64,000 nt of DNA from Betaproteobacteria bacterium (GTDB taxonomy: Bacteria; Pseudomonadota; Gammaproteobacteria; Burkholderiales; SG8-41): NCBI GenBank assembly GCA_052389535.1, contig JBQTHU010000001.1:5575-69574 (forward strand). Direction: 5' to 3'. The notes beneath the pieces were generated by a model. The model saw nothing but the letters and a program-made list of their open reading frames with translations, did no database searches and was not told the origin of the DNA. Of this stretch, positions 1 through 8,176 are shown in pieces; the stretch's first letter is position 1, and each line of letters opens with the position of its first letter. The translations under genes were made by a program, and so were the position numbers.

Positions 1-168
1 AAAGACGCGTTTCTCGCGCTGCCCAAGGAGCAGCTCGCCACGGAGTGCAAGGAATACCCCGGTTATCTGCGCGGCGCCGACTCCGACATGTACAACCGCT
101 ATCCCGAGGAGTTTGCCGCGCTCTATGGCAGGAAGAAGCCCCAGCCGGGAACCGCTACTCCTCCTTGA
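1..168 (+). CDS. C-terminal fragment of an unidentified protein (5' end outside window)
   Basis: Frame 1 is open from the window edge to TGA 166-168 (..EYPGYLRGADSDMYNRYPEEFAALYGRKKPQPGTATPP*). GC-rich third positions. Family not recognised. Confidence 0.4.
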   Translation, partial: KDAFLALPKEQLATECKEYPGYLRGADSDMYNRYPEEFAALYGRKKPQPGTATPP

Positions 169-280
169 TGCCGGCGACCCGCAGATTCTTGCGGCGCTGG
201 GTGCGGCGTGTATGCCTTCGTAATGGGACTCGCGCCTATCGGTTAGAATCGGACCGGTTCGACGTTGACGGAGAAACAGG

Positions 281-385
281 ATGGGAAAAGGCGACAAGCG
301 GACGCGCCGCGGCAAGATCTTCAAGAATTCCTACGGCAAAACGCGCCCCCGGAAGAAAAAGAAGAAGACCGCCCCCGCGAAATAA
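281..385 (+). CDS. 30S ribosomal protein Thx (bTHX)-like micro-protein, 34 aa
   Basis: Below the 60-aa ORF-track cutoff. ATG 281 is preceded by GGAGAAACAGG. Encodes [34 protein letters not shown], matching from memory the Thermus Thx pattern [25 protein letters not shown]. A strong hairpin follows. Confidence 0.7.
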   Translation: MGKGDKRTRRGKIFKNSYGKTRPRKKKKKTAPAK

Positions 386-391
386 CAGAAT

Positions 392-455
392 AAAAGGGGT
401 CGGGTTCGATTTAGCTGCACCGGGCAGTAAAGTTAAATCGAGCCTGACCCCTTTT
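392..455. repeat. REP-like long palindromic hairpin, copy A; probable bidirectional terminator between thx and ybeD
   Basis: AAAAGGGGTCGGGTTCGATTTA (392-413) pairs with TAAATCGAGCCTGACCCCTTTT (434-455) over about 22 bp with 2-3 G-U pairs. An inner CTGC/GCAG stem is present. A-run on the left and T-run on the right. The arms are about 80% identical to the hairpin at 37986-38060. Confidence 0.7.
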
Positions 456-458
456 CCT

Positions 459-722
459 TCAAAGGACCATGACCACCATGGGGTGGTCGCACAGCTCGCG
501 ATACAGCGCATCGAGCTGTTCGCGCGAGGTGGCGCGGATCACGCAGGTGACGCTCAGGTATTTTCCCTTCCTGCTCGGGCGCATTTCCATCGCCGCACCG
601 TCGAAGTCGGGCGCGTGGCGCTGAACCACTTCCAGTACCGCCTGCGCGAATCCGGTGCGCGTGTGGCCGAGGATCTTGATCGGAAAGTCACAGGGATAGT
701 CGATCAGGATCGCCGCGATCAT
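459..722 (-). CDS. ybeD: YbeD/DUF493 family protein
   Basis: 87-aa C-terminal part of ORF 459..1370: MIAAILIDYPCDFPIKILGH..LDALYRELCDHPMVVMVL. Its ATG (722) overlaps the dat stop (ATGA). Classic dac-dat-ybeD synteny. Confidence 0.85.
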   Translation of the reverse strand: MIAAILIDYPCDFPIKILGHTRTGFAQAVLEVVQRHAPDFDGAAMEMRPSRKGKYLSVTCVIRATSREQLDALYRELCDHPMVVMVL

Positions 723-1579
723 GCCGCTCGCCGCATCACCTTGCGCTTGAATTCCTGGTAGAGCTGATGGATGCGCCGGAAAACCGGGCCCGGCTTGCCG
801 CTTCCCACCGGTTTGCCGTCGAGGGTGGTGACCGCCAGCACCTCTTTGGTGGAAGAAGTGACCCAGAGCTCGTCTGCGGGCTTCACCTCGTGTTCTAGAA
901 CCTCGCGCACCTCGTGCGCCATGCCGTTGGCCGCGAGCAGCTCCAGCACGACATCGTAGGTGATGCCCGGCAGCACCAGATGGTTTTTCGGGGGAGCAAG
1001 CACGATCTCGCGCCTCACGACGAACACGTTGCTCGCTGAAGCCTCGGTGAGGTAACCGTCCCGGAAAAGAACGACCTCCACCGCCCCGGCGTCCGCCGCC
1101 GCCTGTCGCAACAGGCAGTTTCCGAGCAGCGACACCGATTTCACGTCGCACCGCAGCCAGCGGAAATCGGTCGCCGTGATGGCCGGCACGCCGTTTTCCA
1201 CCTGCTCGCGCGACGGCGTGACGAGCGGGCTGCTCATCATGAATACCGTCGGCTTCACGTTCCCGGGAAAAGCGTGGTCGCGTCTGGCGACGCCGCGCGT
1301 GACCTGCAGGTAAACCGATTGATCCTCTCCGGCGTTGCGGGCGACGATTTCGCCGATCAGCCGGGTCCACTCCGCGTCCGTCATGGGGTTCGCCAGCCGG
1401 ATGCCGTCCAGGCTGTGCTGAAGCCGGTGCAGGTGCTCGGGCAGGCGGAAGGGATTCCGCGAGTAAACCGGAATCACCTCGTACACGCCGTCGCCGAAGA
1501 TGAAGCCGCGGTCGAGCACCGGAATGCGGGCCGATTCGAGCGGCATGAATTCGCCGTTGAGATAGACGGTATCGCTCAT
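719..1579 (-). CDS. dat: D-amino-acid (D-alanine) aminotransferase, class IV PLP enzyme
   Basis: 286-aa ORF MSDTVYLNGEFMPLESARIPVLDRGFIFGDGVYEVIPVY.., the typical class IV aminotransferase N-terminus. Confidence 0.9.
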   Translation of the reverse strand: MSDTVYLNGEFMPLESARIPVLDRGFIFGDGVYEVIPVYSRNPFRLPEHLHRLQHSLDGIRLANPMTDAEWTRLIGEIVARNAGEDQSVYLQVTRGVARRDHAFPGNVKPTVFMMSSPLVTPSREQVENGVPAITATDFRWLRCDVKSVSLLGNCLLRQAAADAGAVEVVLFRDGYLTEASASNVFVVRREIVLAPPKNHLVLPGITYDVVLELLAANGMAHEVREVLEHEVKPADELWVTSSTKEVLAVTTLDGKPVGSGKPGPVFRRIHQLYQEFKRKVMRRAA

Positions 1580-1586
1580 CGCGTCC

Positions 1587-2732
1587 TCACTTGAAAAGCA
1601 GCCGGATCGAATCCCAGCTGCGGCCCAGCACCCCTGCTACCGGCACTTCTTCCAGCGCAACGACGGGCAGCTCGCGGTACGGCTTGCCGTCGAGCATGAT
1701 CTTGACCGTGCCCACCCGCTGGCCCGCCCCGATCGGCGCGAGCAGCGGCTGCATGCTTTCGACGCTCGCCTTGAGCTTTTCCGCTTCGCCCTTCGGCAGA
1801 GTCAGGTACAGGTCGCTGGTGAAGCCCGCCTTGACGACGTTGCTGCTGCCCTTCCACACCTGCAGTGTAGCCACCGGCCGGTTTTTTTCATAGAGCCGCA
1901 CCGTGTCGTAGGACTGGAAGCCGTGATTGAGCAGCTTCTGGCTTTCGATCGCCCGCGCGGAGTCGGACGCGGCACCCAGCACGACGGAGATAAGTCGGCG
2001 GTTTTCGCGCCTGGCCGACGTGATGAGGCAGTAGCCGGCGCTCTCCGTGTAGCCGGTTTTCATGCCGTCCACCGCAGGATCGGTCCACAGCAGGCGGTTG
2101 CGGTTCGACTGCGATATGTTGTTGTAGCGGTACTCCTTGGTGGAATAGAGCGGATAGTACTCGGGAAAGTCCCTCACGATCGCGGCGGCGAGCAGCGCCA
2201 GATCCTGTGCCGTCGAGTAGTGTTGCGGGTGGGGCCACCCCGTCGAATTGACGAAGTTCGTGCTCTTCATGCCAAGCCGCTGCGCTTCGCGCGTCATCAT
2301 CTGCGCGAACGCTTCCTCGCTGCCGGCGATTGCCTCTGCGAGCGCGATGCAGGCGTCGTTTGCCGATTGCACGATCATGCCGCGGATCAGTTCGTCCACC
2401 GTGACCGGTTTGCGCGGCTCGATGTACATGCGCGAACCATCGGCGCGCCAGGCTCGCGTGGAAACCGGCACGGTCTGATCGGGCCGCAGCGTTTTCTGTC
2501 GCAGCGCCGCGAACGCGAGATAGGCGGTCATCAGCTTGGTGAGCGAGGCCGGCTCCGCGCGCTCGTTCGGATTGTGAGTCTGGAGGAACTGGCCGCTGTT
2601 GAAGTCGAGGAGTACGTAGGCGCGCGCTGCGATGGCCGGCACGGGCGCGGACTGCTGGGCGAACACGACGTGCGAAAAGAGGAGGACTACAAGAGCGGCA
2701 AACAGTCGCATGGCCAGCGCAAAAAAGTTCAT
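1587..2732 (-). CDS. D-alanyl-D-alanine carboxypeptidase (PBP5/6 family, S11)
   Basis: ORF 1587..2810. The likely start is the internal Met at 2732 (MNFFALAMRLFAALVVLLFSHVVFAQQ signal peptide). SLTKLMT (SxxK) motif and YSTKEYRYNN region are present. Confidence 0.9.
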   Translation of the reverse strand: MNFFALAMRLFAALVVLLFSHVVFAQQSAPVPAIAARAYVLLDFNSGQFLQTHNPNERAEPASLTKLMTAYLAFAALRQKTLRPDQTVPVSTRAWRADGSRMYIEPRKPVTVDELIRGMIVQSANDACIALAEAIAGSEEAFAQMMTREAQRLGMKSTNFVNSTGWPHPQHYSTAQDLALLAAAIVRDFPEYYPLYSTKEYRYNNISQSNRNRLLWTDPAVDGMKTGYTESAGYCLITSARRENRRLISVVLGAASDSARAIESQKLLNHGFQSYDTVRLYEKNRPVATLQVWKGSSNVVKAGFTSDLYLTLPKGEAEKLKASVESMQPLLAPIGAGQRVGTVKIMLDGKPYRELPVVALEEVPVAGVLGRSWDSIRLLFK

Positions 2733-2808
2733 TATACGGGTTGCATCCGGACGATCGAACTGAAAAAATGGCGGCCCTCGACTTCCACGCCGACCGGATC
2801 GGCTGAAC

Positions 2809-3276
2809 ATGAAAAAAGTTGCCCATGCCGCGTTGCTGCTGCTGCTGACCTACGGTGCTCTCGCGGCTGCTTATGCGAGCGGCGGCGTGGCGGTGAAGAA
2901 TGCATGGGCGCGGGCGACGGCGCCGGGACAGAGCACCGCCGGCGCCTACATGGAGATCGTCAGCGCTGAACGTGCCGCAGTGGTGGGCGTGAAAAGCGCC
3001 GTCGCAAAACGCGCGGAAATACATTCCTCGAGCATGCAGGACGGCATTATGCGCATGCGTGCGGTGGACAGAATCGAGTTGCCCGCAAAAGAAATGGTAA
3101 GCCTTTCCCCCGGGGGATTGCATATCATGCTGATCGACATCGCGCGCCCGCTGTACGATAAAGAAAAGCTACCCTTGGATCTGGTACTGGAAAGCGCGGG
3201 TGGCGCGCGATCGACCCTCAGAGTGAACGTGACCGTGCGCGCCGCGGGCACGGCGCCGCACCGGCACGCGCACTAG
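2809..3276 (+). CDS. Copper chaperone PCu(A)C (DUF461)
   Basis: 155 aa with a signal peptide, then VKNAWARATAPGQSTAGAYMEI..HSS.MQDGIMRMR..GGLHIMLID, the H/M copper-site pattern of the PCuAC family. Confidence 0.85.
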   Translation: MKKVAHAALLLLLTYGALAAAYASGGVAVKNAWARATAPGQSTAGAYMEIVSAERAAVVGVKSAVAKRAEIHSSSMQDGIMRMRAVDRIELPAKEMVSLSPGGLHIMLIDIARPLYDKEKLPLDLVLESAGGARSTLRVNVTVRAAGTAPHRHAH

Positions 3277-3467
3277 CGCGGACTGTCTTCACTGATGTAG
3301 CGGCGCAGCGCAGCGCGCAGCACGTCGAGCTGGGCGCGCAGGTTGCGGCATGCATCGCACAAGGGCAGATGCACGTGCACGGCGAATTTTTCCCGCAGCG
3401 TGAGGGGCCGGTCCTGCGCCTGGGACAGCAACTCGGAGATTTCACGGCATTTGGGAAAAAGTCTCAT
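3273..3467 (-). CDS. Small zinc-binding (ZAS, zf-HC2) anti-sigma factor, 64 aa, no TM segment
   Basis: MRLFPKCREISELLSQ..HVHLPLCDACRNL carries an H-x3-C-x2-C motif. Its ATG (3467) overlaps the stop of the upstream ECF sigma gene (ATGA). Confidence 0.75.
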   Translation of the reverse strand: MRLFPKCREISELLSQAQDRPLTLREKFAVHVHLPLCDACRNLRAQLDVLRAALRRYISEDSPR

Positions 3468-4057
3468 GGTTTTCCGAACCACTTCGATTCCAGGCATTCG
3501 CGCAGGACGAGTCGTGCCCGATGCAGCATGACCCAGCAGTTGGTCGCCGTGATGCCCAGCTCCTTACAGATCTCGTTGGTTGACAGCTCGAGCACCTCAC
3601 GCATGGCAAAAACGCGCGCCATGCGCGCCGGCATGAGCGTGGCGCAGCGCTCGAATACTTCCCAGAATTGGCGGTTCTCGAAGGCCTGGTCCGGTTGTTC
3701 CCAGCTTGCCGGGCGGTCGCGCCAGTGCCCGTCCGCCGCGAACAACGCATCGACGGCTTCGGCTTCGGTGCGGTCGTCATCGTCGTTTCCGAGCAGCGGC
3801 TGTTCCCGGTTCTGGCGCCGCAGGAAATCGATGATCTTGTGCTTCAGGATGCCGGTGAGCCAGGTCTTGACCGAAGACCGGCCGGAGAAGCTGCCTTCGA
3901 GAGCAGCAAGCAATGTCTCCTGCACCAGGTCTTCGGCGGCCGCGCGATCGCGTATCTGCAGCCCCGCGTAACGCAGCAGGTAGGCGCGGAACGCTTCGTA
4001 TTCCGCCGGACTTCCTGTGAGCGACGCCTTCGGAGCGGCCATCGTGGCTTCCGGCAT
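3464..4057 (-). CDS. ECF-type RNA polymerase sigma-70 family factor
   Basis: 197 aa. Region 2 (DLVQETLLAAL..TWLTGILKHKIIDFLRR) and region 4 (FAMREVLELSTNEICKELGITATNCWVMLHRARLVLR) signatures are both present. Confidence 0.9.
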   Translation of the reverse strand: MPEATMAAPKASLTGSPAEYEAFRAYLLRYAGLQIRDRAAAEDLVQETLLAALEGSFSGRSSVKTWLTGILKHKIIDFLRRQNREQPLLGNDDDDRTEAEAVDALFAADGHWRDRPASWEQPDQAFENRQFWEVFERCATLMPARMARVFAMREVLELSTNEICKELGITATNCWVMLHRARLVLRECLESKWFGKP

Positions 4058-4123
4058 AAGCTTCGGTGAATCAGGAATTTAGAGCTTTTGCCGCGATCCT
4101 GCAAATCAGCGGCCCAGCGCGCT

Positions 4124-4152
4124 CTTGAAAACGCGGGTGAGGCGCCCATATT
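4124..4152 (+). promoter_or_regulatory. Sigma-32 (RpoH)-type heat-shock promoter for hsp20
   Basis: CTTGAAA (4124-4130), a 13-14 nt spacer, then GCCCATAT/CCCATATT (4144-4152), compared with the consensus CTTGAA-N13-15-CCCCATnT. It lies about 47 nt upstream of the hsp20 ATG. Confidence 0.6.
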
Positions 4153-4198
4153 CCGAGCATTGGCGCCGAGCGCCGAACTCAACGTAAAAGGAGCCCTT

Positions 4199-4636
4199 AT
4201 GGCAAACATCACCCGCTTTGGTCCCATCGAAGACGCCTTCGATGAACTGTTCCGCGGCTTCTTCGTGCGCCCGGTCAGTTTCGAAGGTCCCGGCACGGCG
4301 GCCTCGTCGGCCGCGCAGTTCCGGGTGGACGTCACCGAAAACGACAAGGCTTACACCGTGCATGCCGAAATTCCCGGCGTGAAGAAGGAAGACATCAGCA
4401 TCACGATCGACGGCGACCATGTCGCGATCAGCGCCGAGGTCAAGAAGGAAAAAGACGTCAAGAACGGCGAGCGCGTGCTGCGCACCGAGCGTTACTACGG
4501 CAAGGGCTACCGCGCGTTTACGCTGGAGCAGGCGGTGGACGAGGCAACGGCGCAGGCGAAGTACGAAAACGGCGTGCTCGAAGTCACGCTGCCGAAGAAA
4601 GCCGTAGTCGCCGCGAAACGAATCAGCGTCCAGTAA
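4199..4636 (+). CDS. Hsp20/alpha-crystallin family small heat-shock protein
   Basis: The internal ATG 4199 of ORF 4088..4636 is preceded by AAAGGAG. MANITRFGPIEDAFDELFRGFF..AEIPGVKKEDISITIDGDHVAISAE..GVLEVTLPKK is a typical alpha-crystallin domain. Confidence 0.9.
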   Translation: MANITRFGPIEDAFDELFRGFFVRPVSFEGPGTAASSAAQFRVDVTENDKAYTVHAEIPGVKKEDISITIDGDHVAISAEVKKEKDVKNGERVLRTERYYGKGYRAFTLEQAVDEATAQAKYENGVLEVTLPKKAVVAAKRISVQ

Positions 4637-4639
4637 GTG

Positions 4640-4669
4640 TTAAAACGGCAGCGTGCGCTGCCGTTTTAA
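4640..4669 (+). terminator. Intrinsic terminator after hsp20
   Basis: AAAACGGCAGCG / CGCTGCCGTTTT perfect inverted repeat immediately after the stop codon. Confidence 0.7.
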
Positions 4670-4723
4670 CTGCGCGAAATCAAACGGACAGGCCTGCGGC
4701 CTTGCCGCTTATTTCGCGCGTGA

Positions 4724-5686
<963 letters not shown>

Positions 5687-5705
5687 CGACGGCCATGGCG
5701 CACGC

Positions 5706-6356
5706 GTGGACATGATGTGGGCGAAGTCGTGGATATTCGACCTCGACAACACGCTGCATAACGCCACGCCGCACATCTTCCCGCATATCAGCCGGGCGAT
5801 GACCGCCTATCTGCAGGAGCATCTCGGGCTCGATGAGACGGCTGCCGCGGAACTGCGGCGGCATTACTGGACGCGGTACGGCGCAACGCTGCTGGGACTC
5901 ATGCGCCATCACGGCACCGATCCCGGCCATTTTCTGCTGGATACGCACCGTTTCGACGATCTCGACCGCATGCTGGTGTGCGAGCCGCGGCTGCGCAGCG
6001 TGCTCACCCGCCTGCCGGGCCGTAAGTTCGTCTTTTCCAACGCGCCGGTCCACTATTCGCGCGCGGTGCTGAAGGCGCTTTGCATCGCCGATCTCTTCGA
6101 CGGCGTCTTCACCATCGAGCGCACGCGCTACCGCCCGAAGCCCGACTGCTACGGCTTTCTGCGGCTGACGCGCGCCCATCATTTGAGGCCGCAGCGCTGC
6201 ATCATGGTCGAGGACACGCTGCGGAACCTGCGCACCGCCAAGAAGCTGGGGATGAAAACGGTCTGGGTCAGCAGGTCCGCGAAGGCGCCCGGATACGTGG
6301 ACGCGACGATTTCCAACATCGGGCGGTTGCCGCGCGTGCTGGCGCGGCTACAATGA
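5706..6356 (+). CDS. HAD-superfamily pyrimidine 5'-nucleotidase-like hydrolase
   Basis: DLDNTL (DxDxT) motif near the N-terminus, then SNAP.. and VEDT..N..AKKLGMKTVWV, which are HAD motifs II-IV. Confidence 0.8.
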   Translation: MDMMWAKSWIFDLDNTLHNATPHIFPHISRAMTAYLQEHLGLDETAAAELRRHYWTRYGATLLGLMRHHGTDPGHFLLDTHRFDDLDRMLVCEPRLRSVLTRLPGRKFVFSNAPVHYSRAVLKALCIADLFDGVFTIERTRYRPKPDCYGFLRLTRAHHLRPQRCIMVEDTLRNLRTAKKLGMKTVWVSRSAKAPGYVDATISNIGRLPRVLARLQ

Positions 6357-6384
6357 GGTCACCGGCGCGCGAGCGAGGTGGGGG

Positions 6385-6972
6385 ATGGGAGCGAGGACGG
6401 GGGAAAGAAAAACGCAGATTCTGCACACGCTGGCGCAGATGCTGGAAAGTCCGTCCGCGGAGCGGATAACCACGGCGGCGCTGGCGGCGCGCCTGGACGT
6501 GTCGGAGGCCGCGCTCTACCGGCACTTCACCGGCAAGGCCCAGATGTTCGAGGGCCTGATCGACTTCATCGAAAGCTCGCTGTTCGGGCTGATCAACCGC
6601 ATCACCAGCGAAGAGAAGAGCGGCGTGCGCCAGATCGAGGCCATCATCGGCGTGCTGCTCGGGTTCGCGCAGAAGAACCGCGGCATGACGCGGGTGCTGA
6701 TCGGCGACGCACTGGTCATGGAGGAAGGGCGGCTCCAGTCGCGCATCAACCAGGTGCACGACCGCATCGAGGCGGCGCTCAAGCAGGCGCTGCGCTTCGG
6801 CGTCACGCAGCAGGAGTTGATGGCGGAACTCGATGTGACGGCGCACGCCAACCTGCTGATGAGCTTCGTCACCGGCCGCTGGCACCAGTTCGCGAAGAGC
6901 GGTTTCAAGCGCGACCCGGCGGAGCTGTGGGCCAAGCAGTGGCGGCAGCTGCTGGAAGGCGTCGTGGCCTGA
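6385..6972 (+). CDS. slmA: Nucleoid occlusion factor SlmA (TetR family)
   Basis: GERKTQILHTLAQMLESPSAERITTAALAARLDVSEAALYRHFTGKAQMFEGLIDFIE is the typical SlmA helix-turn-helix region. Confidence 0.85.
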   Translation: MGARTGERKTQILHTLAQMLESPSAERITTAALAARLDVSEAALYRHFTGKAQMFEGLIDFIESSLFGLINRITSEEKSGVRQIEAIIGVLLGFAQKNRGMTRVLIGDALVMEEGRLQSRINQVHDRIEAALKQALRFGVTQQELMAELDVTAHANLLMSFVTGRWHQFAKSGFKRDPAELWAKQWRQLLEGVVA

Positions 6973-7004
6973 AGCCGGGCGAACAATCAACTGAGGGGAA
7001 GACG

Positions 7005-7355
7005 ATGTCCAACGTGACGACCCAGCAACTGGCCGAACTTCTGCTCGGAATCGCGCGCGCGCAGAACGCCATCATCGAAGCGATGGAAAACTCGAAGGCG
7101 GGCTTCAAGGCGACGCATTTTCGTCCGACGCTCGAAACGGTCTCGCGCATACGCAGCAATCGGGAGGAATCGCTGGTCGATTATCCGGCGCGGCTGCTCC
7201 TGCAGCTGCTCGGGCGCACCGGCCCCGATCTGCAGCAGGTCGTGGCGGATCTGGAAGCGCTGGTGGGCGGAACGCCGCGGCCTGCGGCAGCGCCCGAGGC
7301 TGCCGGGTATGCGCCGGGCGTCGAGGCGGGCTCGCTCAATCTGACGCAGACCTGA
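7005..7355 (+). CDS. Hypothetical protein, 116 aa (helical N-terminal part, Pro/Ala-rich tail)
   Basis: The internal ATG of ORF 6378..7355 is preceded by GAGGGGAAGACG. GC3-rich codon use. No family recognised. Confidence 0.55.
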   Translation: MSNVTTQQLAELLLGIARAQNAIIEAMENSKAGFKATHFRPTLETVSRIRSNREESLVDYPARLLLQLLGRTGPDLQQVVADLEALVGGTPRPAAAPEAAGYAPGVEAGSLNLTQT

Positions 7356-7358
7356 GGC

Positions 7359-8114
7359 TCAGGCGCGCAGCGGCGCGCATACTGCGCACGCCGGGTCTTG
7401 CGCAAACTTCACGGTGCGCGTCTGCATCGTGAGGGCGTCCACCAGCACCAGCCGCCCGACGAGCGGCTCGCCACATCCCGAAAGGATCTTCAGCGCCTCG
7501 GCTGCCTGGATGGAGCCGACGATGCCGACGAGCGGCGCGAAAACGCCCATGATCGCGCAGCGCATGTCCTCGTTCTCGCCGCTTTCCGGAAACAGGCATT
7601 GATAGCAGGGCGAGGCGCGGTCGCGCAGGTCGAAAACCGTGACCTGGCCGTCGAATCGCACCGCGGCGCCGGATACGAGCGGCTTGCCGAACTTGACGCA
7701 CGCGCGGTTCACGGCGTGCCGCGTGGCGAAATTGTCGCAGCCGTCGACCACCACATCGGCGGCTGAGACGAGTTCCTCCAGGCGCCCGCCGGCCACGCGC
7801 TCGGCGATCGGAACAACGCATGCCTGCGGGTTGATCGCAGCGAGCGTCGCGCGCGCGGAATCGACTTTCCTTTTCCCGATGGCGTCCGTGCGGTGAACGA
7901 TCTGCCGCTGGAGATTGGTGAGGTCGACCTCGTCGTGGTCGCACAGCGTGATCCGGCCCACGCCCGCGGACGCGAGATACAACGCGACGGGCGAACCGAG
8001 GCCGCCCGCGCCCACCACCAGCGCGTGGCCTGCGAGCAGCCTCTCCTGGCCTTCGATGCCCACTTCGGGAAGAAGGATGTGCCGGCTGTAGCGCAGTAGC
8101 TGCTCGTCGTCCAT
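7359..8114 (-). CDS. moeB: Molybdopterin-synthase adenylyltransferase MoeB (ThiF/HesA family)
   Basis: LLRYSRHILLPEVGIEGQERLL..VVGAGGLGSP..DHDEVDLTNLQRQ and a CxxC pair near the C-terminus. Confidence 0.85.
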   Translation of the reverse strand: MDDEQLLRYSRHILLPEVGIEGQERLLAGHALVVGAGGLGSPVALYLASAGVGRITLCDHDEVDLTNLQRQIVHRTDAIGKRKVDSARATLAAINPQACVVPIAERVAGGRLEELVSAADVVVDGCDNFATRHAVNRACVKFGKPLVSGAAVRFDGQVTVFDLRDRASPCYQCLFPESGENEDMRCAIMGVFAPLVGIVGSIQAAEALKILSGCGEPLVGRLVLVDALTMQTRTVKFAQDPACAVCAPLRA

Positions 8115-8115
8115 G

Positions 8116-8148
8116 GGAAAAAGAAATGCCCGGCGGCGTGCCGGGCAT
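8116..8148 (-). terminator. Intrinsic terminator after ctp (minus strand)
   Basis: AATGCCCGGC / GCCGGGCATT stem (8124-8148). On the minus strand it is followed by TTTCTTTTT. Confidence 0.65.
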
Positions 8149-8176
8149 TCCTGTCCTGTTCGCGTTGCGCGGGCGG

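Noticed and set aside
45-761. A 238-aa plus-strand ORF spanning the thx gene, the hairpin and ybeD in another frame.
   Set aside because: It crosses an intergenic hairpin and overlaps two better-supported genes. There is no family resemblance.
2756-2782. An ECF-like motif, CGAACTG-N15-TCGAC, upstream of the PCu(A)C gene.
   Set aside because: It is a single weak match with a non-standard spacer, and the cognate promoter consensus for the neighbouring ECF sigma is unknown. It is mentioned only as a testable hint.
4145-4201. A possible ROSE-like RNA thermometer in the hsp20 leader, with CCAUAUUCC pairing to GGAG..UAUGG.
   Set aside because: The 5' pairing partner coincides with the sigma-32 -10 element, so it should lie upstream of the transcription start and would not be in the mRNA.
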